Below, piece by piece: positions 56,442 through 64,000 of a DNA stretch of 64,000 nucleotides. The notes beneath the pieces were generated by a model. The model saw only the letters and a program-made list of their open reading frames with translations, was not told where the DNA came from and did no database searches. Position 1 is the stretch's first letter. Each line of letters starts with the position of its first letter. The translations under genes and the position numbers were made by a program. The stretch spans positions 34,783-98,782 of IMG/VR virus record IMGVR_UViG_3300037840_000227; one strand, given 5' to 3'. Source of the DNA: a virus.

Positions 56442-56650
56442 CAGGTAAGTCCGAGGGAGCGACCCTCCCCCTCCGCCGCCGGCCACGGAGATGATCGCGG
56501 CCCCCCACCCCTCGCGAGCCTACCCCCATCGCGCGCGACCCCCGGGGCCGCGTGAGAGCGATCGCGAATCCCGCCGCCGAGCCGCCATCCACACTTTTCC
56601 CATATTTTTCAAATGCCTATAGATTTCTGCGCATTATATGAATTTCACCC

Positions 56651-56678
56651 TTGACAACAGTTCACACCTCTTTATGTT
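56651..56678 (+). promoter_or_regulatory. Putative sigma70 promoter
   Basis: TTGACA-N16-TATGTT. Confidence 0.5.
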
Positions 56679-56739
56679 CAATTTCATGACGACAGAACAT
56701 TCGCCCTCGTTTTCTCCGGCGCCTGAGGAAGAGGTTGGG

Positions 56740-56895
56740 ATGGAGCGTGTGACACTTGTTCTGTCTGTGGAAGTAGTTAGGAAGATTGATGAATTCTGGC
56801 ACACCCGGCGGTTGCGGAGTCGTTCGGCGGCGGTGCGGGAGCTGCTGGCGTTGGGGTTTGAGCGGCTGGCGGGGGATTTTGGGGAGAAGCTGTGA
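56740..56895 (+). CDS. Ribbon-helix-helix (CopG-like) regulator
   Basis: MERVTLVLS.E....IDEF......SRSAAVRELL. Confidence 0.75.
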   Translation: MERVTLVLSVEVVRKIDEFWHTRRLRSRSAAVRELLALGFERLAGDFGEKL

Positions 56896-57320
56896 TGGGA
56901 AAGATTAGCGGGGAGGGGCCCGGCGCCCTGACGCCTGAGGAGAGGGCGGAGAATGCAAGGCGATATCAGGAGGTTATGAGAAAAGAGCAGGCCAAGGCGC
57001 TCTTGGCGAATCGCACGGCTCTGGTGGCGGCTCACCGGGCGCATCCAGGCTCCTGGCCGGATGGGATTGATTCGAAATATGACCGCTGGTTTGTGCCGGA
57101 GCATTGGAATGAGAAGGGGGAGTTTGCCGGTCCCAAGGGATGGTTCGACACGAGCCATCCGGATCCGGGCATCGAAGATGTCACGAAAAATGCCGATGTC
57201 ACGGAAAGTCCGGCGGCCGATGTCACGGAAAGTAGGAAGGGGCGGCCAAAGAGCGAATCGGCCCTGACCGCCACCGAGCGCAAGCGCCGCCAGCGCGAGC
57301 GCGGGAAGGAGCCGAAATGA
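56892..57320 (+). CDS. Hypothetical protein with basic C-terminal DNA-binding-like motif
   Basis: GRPKSESALTATERKRRQRER. Confidence 0.6.
   Translation: MMGKISGEGPGALTPEERAENARRYQEVMRKEQAKALLANRTALVAAHRAHPGSWPDGIDSKYDRWFVPEHWNEKGEFAGPKGWFDTSHPDPGIEDVTKNADVTESPAADVTESRKGRPKSESALTATERKRRQRERGKEPK
57177..57233 (+). repeat. Three GATGTCACG(G/A)AAA repeats
   Basis: GCCGATGTCACGGAAAGT exact at 57192 and 57216, with a partial copy at 57177. Confidence 0.75.
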
Positions 57321-57538
57321 GAATGATCGCCCAGGATGTCAGGCGCATGCTCGCCGAGGCGGCGGAGGAGATTAGACGTCTGCGCCATACCGCCGAGCTG
57401 CAGGGGGCCAAGATCGAGGGGTTCGAGATGGCCTTCGCGCTCGTTCAAGCGCAGCCCTTGCGTCCCGGCGGAACGACGGTGGGCGTCGATATCGCCTGGG
57501 AAATCGATCGGATGCTCCAGGCGGCGGAGGGGAAATGA
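57317..57538 (+). CDS. Hypothetical protein
   Basis: ATGA overlap; LAEAAEEIRRLR. Confidence 0.55.
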   Translation: MRMIAQDVRRMLAEAAEEIRRLRHTAELQGAKIEGFEMAFALVQAQPLRPGGTTVGVDIAWEIDRMLQAAEGK

Positions 57539-57563
57539 GCGATATGATCGACGAGATCCTGAA

Positions 57564-57932
57564 ATGAACCGCAAACGTATCCAACAACTCCGCGATCATA
57601 TCGCCTCACTCCCGCCCAAGAGGATCGATCTGGCGGGATTTCTTAATGGGCTTCATCCAGACGACAGCCTCGGCGCCGCCGCTGAGGAATGCGGATCCGT
57701 CGCTTGCGTCGGCGGCTGGGCCTGCATCCTGTTCAGGCCTAATCGTAAACGGCGCGGCTTCGATTTTGCACACGAAGGCGCAAGAGCGCTCGGCCTACTG
57801 CATCCAAATTTTATATCCATAACCGCCTTGCGCCTGTTCGCCGGCGGCCCACGCGGAAGAGCGGGTAAGAAGGAGGCCCTCCGCCGCCTCGATGAACTCC
57901 TGGAGACAGGAATGATAGAGAGGTTCGAATGA
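57564..57932 (+). CDS. Hypothetical protein
   Basis: MNRKRI..L....CGSVACVGGWA motif. Confidence 0.6.
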   Translation: MNRKRIQQLRDHIASLPPKRIDLAGFLNGLHPDDSLGAAAEECGSVACVGGWACILFRPNRKRRGFDFAHEGARALGLLHPNFISITALRLFAGGPRGRAGKKEALRRLDELLETGMIERFE

Positions 57933-58135
57933 ACATCCGCGACTTCGAGGCTCAGTGGCTTACCGACGACACCAGATTATGGCTCCGGTTCTCGGTGGCC
58001 TTCGATGGCCAGACGGAGTGGGGCGTCTATTCCGAGGCGCTGGCGATGGATGGGGTGATCAAGCAAGACGCCTTCTTCGCCATGCTCGACGACTTGAAGC
58101 GCCGGATCCTGGAAGCGGAGGAAGAAGGGAAATGA
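57929..58135 (+). CDS. Hypothetical protein
   Basis: ATGA overlaps at both ends. Confidence 0.55.
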   Translation: MNIRDFEAQWLTDDTRLWLRFSVAFDGQTEWGVYSEALAMDGVIKQDAFFAMLDDLKRRILEAEEEGK

Positions 58136-58338
58136 GCCGATCCTCCCTCGAAGTCGGCGCCTCCTCGATCTTTGCGGCGCTCCTGCTGTTTGTCTCCGGC
58201 TGCGTCATCGCCGGCTCCACGACGGATGGCCAAGGGGCCCTCGCCTTTATGGATTTCGTCGCGATGCTCTGGCTGGGCGCCTGGGGGATCGCCGCGGTGA
58301 TCCAACAAATCTTCGGCAACGTGCGGGATGCACCATGA
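58132..58338 (+). CDS. Small membrane protein
   Basis: Two TM segments. Confidence 0.5.
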   Translation: MSRSSLEVGASSIFAALLLFVSGCVIAGSTTDGQGALAFMDFVAMLWLGAWGIAAVIQQIFGNVRDAP

Positions 58339-58547
58339 AATTCTTCACCGTCCGCTGCGCCAAATGCGACGATACCCTCAAGATCGAGGGCCCTCTCGGC
58401 GCCAAGGCGATCGTCGTCTTCGATACCCGCGAGGAAGCGGAACACTTTCTCAAGGTCAGCATCTCAGCGCAGGATCATCCGCTCATGGTTTCGCAAGTCG
58501 ATATCGAAGAGCCAGCAGGAATACCAGCCGGGGAGACCGCGCAATGA
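58335..58547 (+). CDS. Hypothetical protein
   Basis: Coupled ORF; FDTREEAE. Confidence 0.5.
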   Translation: MKFFTVRCAKCDDTLKIEGPLGAKAIVVFDTREEAEHFLKVSISAQDHPLMVSQVDIEEPAGIPAGETAQ

Positions 58548-59098
58548 TCGTAGGTTACGCCCGCGTCAGCAGCGATAGCCAGCATCTCGAACTCCAGCGC
58601 GAGCGCCTCGCCGCCGCCGGTTGCGAGAAAATCTTCGAGGAAAAGGCCGATCGCGCCCAGCTCGAAGCCTGCCTGACGGCGCTGAAAGTCGGCGATACCC
58701 TCGTTATCACCAAACTCGATCGCCTCGGACGATCCGCGATTGATCTTTTACGCACCGTTCATTCGCTCGCCCAGCGCGGCGTCCATTTCAAATCCCTTGG
58801 CGATGCCTGGCTCGATACGTCAACGCCGATCGGGCGATACCTCCTCATCGCCTTCGCCGGCCTCGCCGAGCTCGATCGCGAGTGGATTCTCGAGCGCGCC
58901 GCCGCCGGTCGCGAGAGCGCCCAGAAGATGGGCGTCAAATTCGGGCGCTCCCACGTCCTCACCCTGCATCAATGCGCCGAGGCCAACGCCAGATTGAAGG
59001 AGGGCGAGACCGTCAAGGCCGTCGCCAGGTCCTATAATGTCGATCCCGCCACCATCCGCCGGGCTCGCGGCATGGCTCTGCATGGAGCGATCCGATGA
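58544..59098 (+). CDS. Small serine recombinase (resolvase/invertase family)
   Basis: GYARVSS..Q, GDTLVITKLDRLGRS, DTSTP.G, ER...G, GVKFGR, C-terminal HTH. Confidence 0.9.
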   Translation: MIVGYARVSSDSQHLELQRERLAAAGCEKIFEEKADRAQLEACLTALKVGDTLVITKLDRLGRSAIDLLRTVHSLAQRGVHFKSLGDAWLDTSTPIGRYLLIAFAGLAELDREWILERAAAGRESAQKMGVKFGRSHVLTLHQCAEANARLKEGETVKAVARSYNVDPATIRRARGMALHGAIR

Positions 59099-59553
59099 CT
59101 GATGTCGAAGCCCTGATTGGCGAGATCGAACGTTACGCAAATAGCGACGCGGCTCGGCTCCTCGCAATTGACAGCAGCGTCGCGCGTGCGCTCATCGCCG
59201 CCCTGCGCGAGAGGGAAGCGGAGTGCAAGCGTCTCCGCGCGCGCTTGGAGGACGATCATGTCTTTGTTCTCAAGGACGGACAGATGATTCGCGAGGAAGT
59301 CGAACCAGGATCGGTCCCAGATGGGATTGAATGCCGCGATTGCACGATCAAGCTTCAAGACGAGCGGATTAAGAAACTTGAGTCCGAACTCGCCACCCTC
59401 CGCGCCCTGCTCGCCGGGGAGCCGAGCGAGGCGGAGGTCAAGGCTGCGCATGCAGAATTAAACCGATATACTAATCACAATTCGTATCATATTTCTAGAG
59501 AAGCTACTCACGCGGCCCTCATCGCCGCGCGGAAGGTAGGAGCAGGGGCATGA
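59095..59553 (+). CDS. Coiled-coil hypothetical protein
   Basis: ATGA overlap; heptad pattern. Confidence 0.55.
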   Translation: MTDVEALIGEIERYANSDAARLLAIDSSVARALIAALREREAECKRLRARLEDDHVFVLKDGQMIREEVEPGSVPDGIECRDCTIKLQDERIKKLESELATLRALLAGEPSEAEVKAAHAELNRYTNHNSYHISREATHAALIAARKVGAGA

Positions 59554-59954
59554 CTTATCCGAGATTCGGCAACGGAACTGAAATGACGCCCGACGCCGTG
59601 CTGGAGCAGTTGAGCATTCACAGCGATCATCGCTCGCACATGGCGTGCTGTATGGCGAGCTACGCCAAGGAATGCGAGGCCACCATCGCGCGATTGCGGG
59701 AAGCGCTGGAGCTTGTCCAAGACTATTGTGTAGACGGCTCTCTTTTCGAAACCAAGATACTCGGCATTGTGAACGCCGCTCTCGCCGCGCAACCCACAGG
59801 CGAGGCGCGAGGGGACATTGAGCTTCGCCGCATAGACGACGCGCTCGAAACTATTATCACGCTTGAGAACTATGAAACTAGAGTGGACGCTGTAGAGGCT
59901 GTTGTAGCTATAGCCCGCGCCGCCCGCCCGCAGCCCGACGACACGGAGGAGTGA
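59550..59954 (+). CDS. Hypothetical protein
   Basis: IARLREALE motif; coupled. Confidence 0.55.
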   Translation: MTYPRFGNGTEMTPDAVLEQLSIHSDHRSHMACCMASYAKECEATIARLREALELVQDYCVDGSLFETKILGIVNAALAAQPTGEARGDIELRRIDDALETIITLENYETRVDAVEAVVAIARAARPQPDDTEE

Positions 59955-59958
59955 GATA

Positions 59959-60165
59959 ATGCGGCTCATGATGATAGCTGTTTCCTACCTCTTCATTGGA
60001 GCAGTAATGGTTGGGCTTGGGCTAGGCCTTCACAACCGCCGTTGTCCGAACGATCGCGAGTCGCTTATTGAGAATCGAATTGAGCTTGCGACTTGGCCAA
60101 TCGAACTTGTCATGGGGGTCGCCTATTTCTCCGCAGGGGGCCAGCTTCCGGCTTGTGAAAAATGA
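59959..60165 (+). CDS. Small membrane protein
   Basis: Hydrophobic N-terminus. Confidence 0.5.
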   Translation: MRLMMIAVSYLFIGAVMVGLGLGLHNRRCPNDRESLIENRIELATWPIELVMGVAYFSAGGQLPACEK

Positions 60166-60389
60166 GCACCGTTATGCCTAACCCCCTCCTCATCCTCGCA
60201 TCGCTTCTGATCGCCGGGCAGGCATGGGGGCAGGATTTCCCGATATATCCAGACTTGTGCGAACGAGACGGCTATATCGCACCGTGCAGCGTCGTACTAG
60301 CGAACTTACAAGAGGGTGACACGCTTTTGTTTAGGTCTTACGAAATAGCTTGGATTAACCCGATTCCATTGTTTGGAGCACCGCTATGA
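60162..60389 (+). CDS. Small exported protein
   Basis: LLILASLLIAGQAWG signal. Confidence 0.5.
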   Translation: MSTVMPNPLLILASLLIAGQAWGQDFPIYPDLCERDGYIAPCSVVLANLQEGDTLLFRSYEIAWINPIPLFGAPL

Positions 60390-60808
60390 TCCGCTCTCTT
60401 CTGATCGCGGCCGCGATGTTGGTTGCTGGCGAGGCGTGGGCGACGACTTGTGAAACGTCGGAATCCATAAAAGAACGCGCGATCGCCAATGCCTATGCGC
60501 AATCCGCAAGAGAAAGTATGCCGTTCTACGGATGCAATGAGGGGTGCTCAATGGCGTCATCGGTAGCAGACTCTATGCGCATGACTGCTGAACGCTTCTT
60601 AGCCGAATCACATGCGCATCGACACATTGCCGAGCAATTGGAAGTAATCCAGTGCTCAAGCAACGTGACCCACGATATCGGCGCCAACAGTACAATGTGC
60701 ATTGGCGCTCTGACTGGTTCTTGCATCGCTTGTCCTGACGGACTTGAGCCCGTCACCCGCGCCAATGGCTCGCCGGGGTGCGCGAGAGCTGTGGAGGAAC
60801 CGAGATGA
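60386..60808 (+). CDS. Exported Cys-rich protein
   Basis: Signal; ends CPDGLEPVTRANGSPGCARAVEEPR. Confidence 0.6.
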   Translation: MIRSLLIAAAMLVAGEAWATTCETSESIKERAIANAYAQSARESMPFYGCNEGCSMASSVADSMRMTAERFLAESHAHRHIAEQLEVIQCSSNVTHDIGANSTMCIGALTGSCIACPDGLEPVTRANGSPGCARAVEEPR

Positions 60809-60860
60809 CACCGCAATTTGAGTATAGTAATCCACCTGCCGTTTTCCAGGAGCCCTCACA

Positions 60861-61130
60861 ATGAACCGCTTACTCCTCATCACCGCCGCCGGGTTGATCG
60901 CAAGCCAAGCCGCCGCGCAGCAACTACCCCCGTGCAAATTCCAGAAGGGAATGAACTACTGTTCCAGGGACGGCGTCCACTGGCGTCAGTCGGTGTATCG
61001 CGACTGTACGGACAACGGTCCGAATACGTGCGAAACGTCACCAAATCCTTCATGTCCGGCGAATACTGAGCTCGTCACGCGCTCCAGCGGCGCTCCGGGA
61101 TGCGCGCGGGATGTGACGGACCCGCAATGA
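60861..61130 (+). CDS. Exported Cys-rich protein (paralogous C-terminus)
   Basis: AGGAG RBS; signal; ends CPANTELVTRSSGAPGCARDVTDPQ. Confidence 0.6.
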   Translation: MNRLLLITAAGLIASQAAAQQLPPCKFQKGMNYCSRDGVHWRQSVYRDCTDNGPNTCETSPNPSCPANTELVTRSSGAPGCARDVTDPQ

Positions 61131-61269
61131 AGTACATTCGTCAGTATCCTCGCTATTGCTGCCCATATTGCGGGGCGCCCGTAGGCTATCTCGGCCGACT
61201 CTTCGCGTGGCTGTTCGGCGTTGGGTTCCACGGCTGCGACTTTAGCAATGTGCGGCAGGGGCGGTTCAA

Positions 61270-61677
61270 GTGAAAATCTCCTATTCCCGGCCGCCCAACT
61301 ATGACGAGATTCTCGCCGCCTTCCCGACGGCGGCGAAAGTCGGGGTTGTCTTCACGTTTGGCACTATCGTTTACAACCCGAGCCGCTCTGCGCTCAGCCC
61401 GCACATTATCGCGCACGAGCAACTCCACAGCGTCCAGCAGATCAGCGGAGCGGACGCATGGTGGCGGCGCTATATCGACGATCGCGATTTCCGCCTCCAC
61501 GAGGAAATCCTCGCCTACCGCGTCCAGTGGCAATCCTTTCTCGCCTCCAAGCACAATCGGCATATGAAGAGAGGCCACTTCAAGCATATCGTGGACGTTC
61601 TCTCCGGGCCGCTCTACAATTTCGACATCTCGAGCGCGAAGGCCGAGAAACTGATTCTGGCGGAGACATTCCCGTGA
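61270..61677 (+). CDS. Small zincin-like HExxH protein
   Basis: IIAHEQLHSVQQ...EILAY. Confidence 0.65.
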   Translation: MKISYSRPPNYDEILAAFPTAAKVGVVFTFGTIVYNPSRSALSPHIIAHEQLHSVQQISGADAWWRRYIDDRDFRLHEEILAYRVQWQSFLASKHNRHMKRGHFKHIVDVLSGPLYNFDISSAKAEKLILAETFP

Positions 61678-61952
61678 TCATAGATTTTCGCACCGCCGAT
61701 TCAGAGAGCGAGGTGCTCTCTTCCGACGCCAGCCTCACCACGAGGCTACTTGAGGAATGCGCACGGGTTGTCGCCAAGCGAATGCGGTGGCGGCGGCTGG
61801 CGGTAGAGGTCGGCCCGAGGCGAAACTTCATTGGCGCCATCGACGCCATGTCCAAGGAGCTCAAGACAGCCGAGGATGCGCTAGTGTCCGGCGATCGTCT
61901 CCATCTTATCGCAGCGCTCGAGAGCCTGCGATCATTTCATGAAGAAGATTAA
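61674..61952 (+). CDS. Hypothetical protein
   Basis: GTGA overlap. Confidence 0.5.
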   Translation: MIIDFRTADSESEVLSSDASLTTRLLEECARVVAKRMRWRRLAVEVGPRRNFIGAIDAMSKELKTAEDALVSGDRLHLIAALESLRSFHEED

Positions 61953-62268
61953 GGGGCTGACGATGGGTGATAGGAATGATCCTTGGACGTTCCCCCTTCA
62001 ATTTGACCCCCTCGGCGAGAAGGCGCTACGCCACGCCGAGGAGGATGGCGTAGCGAAAGCGCGTAATCAGATCGAACGCGAAGGTCGCATGGCCGAGTCT
62101 GAGGCGCTCCGTTATTTGGCGGAGGTGGAGTGCCCGAACGATCTCATCGAGTGGGGTCGCAACCACAAAATCGAAAATTTTGCGGAGTTGACGTGGATCA
62201 ACGGCTTTATGGCCGGGTGGCGAGCAATGACAGAGCGTCGCGAGCGCTTATTAAGGAAAAGCAAATGA
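61939..62268 (+). CDS. Hypothetical protein
   Basis: ORF in operon. Confidence 0.5.
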   Translation: MKKIKGLTMGDRNDPWTFPLQFDPLGEKALRHAEEDGVAKARNQIEREGRMAESEALRYLAEVECPNDLIEWGRNHKIENFAELTWINGFMAGWRAMTERRERLLRKSK

Positions 62269-62513
62269 TCGGAACCGAAGAAGAAGCCAAGACGAAGGCG
62301 TGCCCAATGGCGAGCGGGTTCTACGCAAGCAATCAACAAGGGGCGCCGCATTGCATCGCCTCGGCGTGCGCCGCATGGCGCTGGCTGGATGCCGAATACC
62401 CCTATTACAATCATGAAGGAGGCCTTATGCCAGCAAGGACGGGCAAGATGGGCCAGATCCTCGCTCCGAAGCTCAAGGCCGACGTCGGCTATTGCGGGCT
62501 CTTCCACAAGTGA
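62265..62513 (+). CDS. Small Cys-containing phage protein
   Basis: TEEEAKTK.CP...CIAS.C.AWRW...GYCGL. Confidence 0.65.
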   Translation: MIGTEEEAKTKACPMASGFYASNQQGAPHCIASACAAWRWLDAEYPYYNHEGGLMPARTGKMGQILAPKLKADVGYCGLFHK

Positions 62514-62809
62514 GCCAGGATCTTCCCGAGGCCCACCGCCATTATCTTCAGGCGCATGTCGCCCAGATCGCCAAGCTGTTCCGCGCGCCCGTCATAACGC
62601 TTATCGTGCGCTCGCCGGACGGCGGCAACGTCAAGGGCGATCTCGTCATCACCAACGATGATCCGCTCCTTGTCAGAAAGGCGCTGGACGAGTTAATTCA
62701 AGGCAAGGCGCGGAGGCTCACCCTGGACGGGCTCGGGGACGGTGGGCAAAACGACGAATCACAGACTGCGGCGCGCGCGCCAATGGGCTCGCGAGCTCCA
62801 GGAAAGTAA
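62510..62809 (+). CDS. Hypothetical protein
   Basis: GTGA overlap. Confidence 0.5.
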   Translation: MSQDLPEAHRHYLQAHVAQIAKLFRAPVITLIVRSPDGGNVKGDLVITNDDPLLVRKALDELIQGKARRLTLDGLGDGGQNDESQTAARAPMGSRAPGK

Positions 62810-63221
62810 GGATCGAAAGAAAATGCGCAGCCACACCGCCGCCGGGGCCAATGGCGAGCCAAGGGCGGTCGAGCCGAGTTTCGACATGCCGGATGATGAA
62901 GGCGCGCCGCCGCCGGTTCCGTCCAACCCAGATAGGCAGGCGATCATGCGCGCTCAATCCCTCGCGGCCGTCGCCGCGGAGCGGGCGGCCAACCCAACTG
63001 ATCTCCCAGAGAACCTCGATGCCGATCAGCGCGACGCGCTCCTCGCCGCGCAGCGAATGAAGCCAAAGTCGCCGGCGATGCGTAAGGCCTCAGGGCTGCC
63101 GGTTTCAGAAATGCGGATGCGGATGCTCGAGATGGCCTCCAGAGTGGCCGATCCGAAGGCGGGCCCCGCCGGGCTGATCGAAGCGGCCAAGCAGCTCCTC
63201 GATTTCGTCAGTGAGGGCTGA
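62742..63221 (+). CDS. Hypothetical protein
   Basis: C-terminal RMR.LEMA...LIEAAK.L.DFV; start uncertain. Confidence 0.5.
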   Translation: MGKTTNHRLRRARQWARELQESKDRKKMRSHTAAGANGEPRAVEPSFDMPDDEGAPPPVPSNPDRQAIMRAQSLAAVAAERAANPTDLPENLDADQRDALLAAQRMKPKSPAMRKASGLPVSEMRMRMLEMASRVADPKAGPAGLIEAAKQLLDFVSEG

Positions 63222-63646
63222 TGAGCGCCACGGCTCTCACCTACGCTCCCCCGCCGCCGCCCGTGACGATTGTCGGCCCTGTCCCGGGCGGCGGCGGGGC
63301 AGGAAACCGCGGGATCATGGTTCCGCGAGGCAAGCCGGATCCGGAGGGCGGCGCCGACTATCCACCTCTCGAAATCCAATTTGGCGATGACGACGCCTTC
63401 GAAAACCCGGATCACGCCGCCAAGGTCCGCCGGATTTGTGAAGACATGGACGGCGCCATTTCCCCTGTGCTGCCGGGCCGCATTCGATTCGAGTGTGCGG
63501 CTGCGGACCCGCCATTCTCGGGCTCCCCAACACTCCGAGGCGCGCCCCTCGCCGAGCGAATCTTCATCTATAGCGCTCTCTTTATTATTATAGGGCTGAT
63601 GACGATGGGCCTGTGGACGATCGTCAGGCTGCTGGGATTTCTCTGA
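63221..63646 (+). CDS. Hypothetical protein with C-terminal TM
   Basis: TGATG coupling. Confidence 0.5.
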   Translation: MSATALTYAPPPPPVTIVGPVPGGGGAGNRGIMVPRGKPDPEGGADYPPLEIQFGDDDAFENPDHAAKVRRICEDMDGAISPVLPGRIRFECAAADPPFSGSPTLRGAPLAERIFIYSALFIIIGLMTMGLWTIVRLLGFL

Positions 63647-64000
63647 TGGGCAGGCGGGTAGAGGGCACGACGCTAGGCGGTTTTGGCTGTGACTATCTCG
63701 GCTGCCCCGAGAACGGGGCCTGGGCCGCTTGCGCCTGCATCCCCTTCAAAGGCTTCACCGAGAAGGCGATGCCGCCCTTCCACTTCCTCTTCGACACCCA
63801 AGTCTGCCTCGAGCACCGGAAGGACGTGCGAATCGATAAGCTCCTCCAGCCGCGTGTTGTCGAGGCGATCAAGGAAATGGCGTTCATCAGGGGCGGCGAG
63901 GCGGCGATGGATCGCATTCGGCTCCAGTTCATGCCGTCGAACAGCGGGAAATATTTGGAATTTCAGCAAAACTGCGGGCTTGTGCCCAAGGACGACGCCA
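63646..64000 (+). CDS. Hypothetical protein (runs off the window end)
   Basis: Open from ATG 63646 to the window edge; CDY.GC...C..H. Confidence 0.45.
   Translation, partial: MGRRVEGTTLGGFGCDYLGCPENGAWAACACIPFKGFTEKAMPPFHFLFDTQVCLEHRKDVRIDKLLQPRVVEAIKEMAFIRGGEAAMDRIRLQFMPSNSGKYLEFQQNCGLVPKDDA

Noticed and set aside
58544-59098. Transposon around the resolvase
   Set aside because: No transposase or terminal repeats; the gene is translationally coupled within a phage operon.
59180-59230. ALIAALREREAE resembles the C-tag
   Set aside because: It is internal to a generic coiled coil, not terminal, and lies outside the locus.

Overview
The whole window reads as one GC-rich tailed dsDNA phage or prophage segment, probably podovirus-like and probably infecting an alphaproteobacterium. 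No host housekeeping genes, rRNA, tRNA or CRISPR were recognised. Left to right: three giant internal-virion/ejection-type proteins (the first is cut by the window edge and has a tail-lysozyme domain, the second has a ParB-like domain), tail-fibre genes, a phosphoesterase/HD/HslV-like cluster, an amidase-lysozyme endolysin with holin-like and lipoprotein genes, a papain-like peptidase and a nucleoside phosphorylase. Next come a leftward replication block (split primase-helicase, initiator with iterons, VRR-NUC), a rightward recombination block (RecE-like, RecT-like, MT-A70, ParB-like, GH16), a small terminase subunit, a serine recombinase and many small ORFs. Six HNH genes are scattered through it. 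The standout feature is a ~10 kb divergent locus at 44.8-54.7 kb. A MoxR-type AAA+ ATPase and an HExxH-metallopeptidase/VWA protein are followed by six small genes sharing a C-terminal helix (DAIEELRASEARR). On the opposite arm, a DUF3150-like gene precedes eleven small genes sharing an N-terminal helix (H-x3-V-x2-I-x3-[MLIA]-x2-Y) that resembles the DUF3150 protein's own C-terminus. My inference is a modular AAA+/VWA remodelling or proteolysis machine with a library of tagged, interchangeable adaptors. All family calls come from motif recognition by eye, not database searches.
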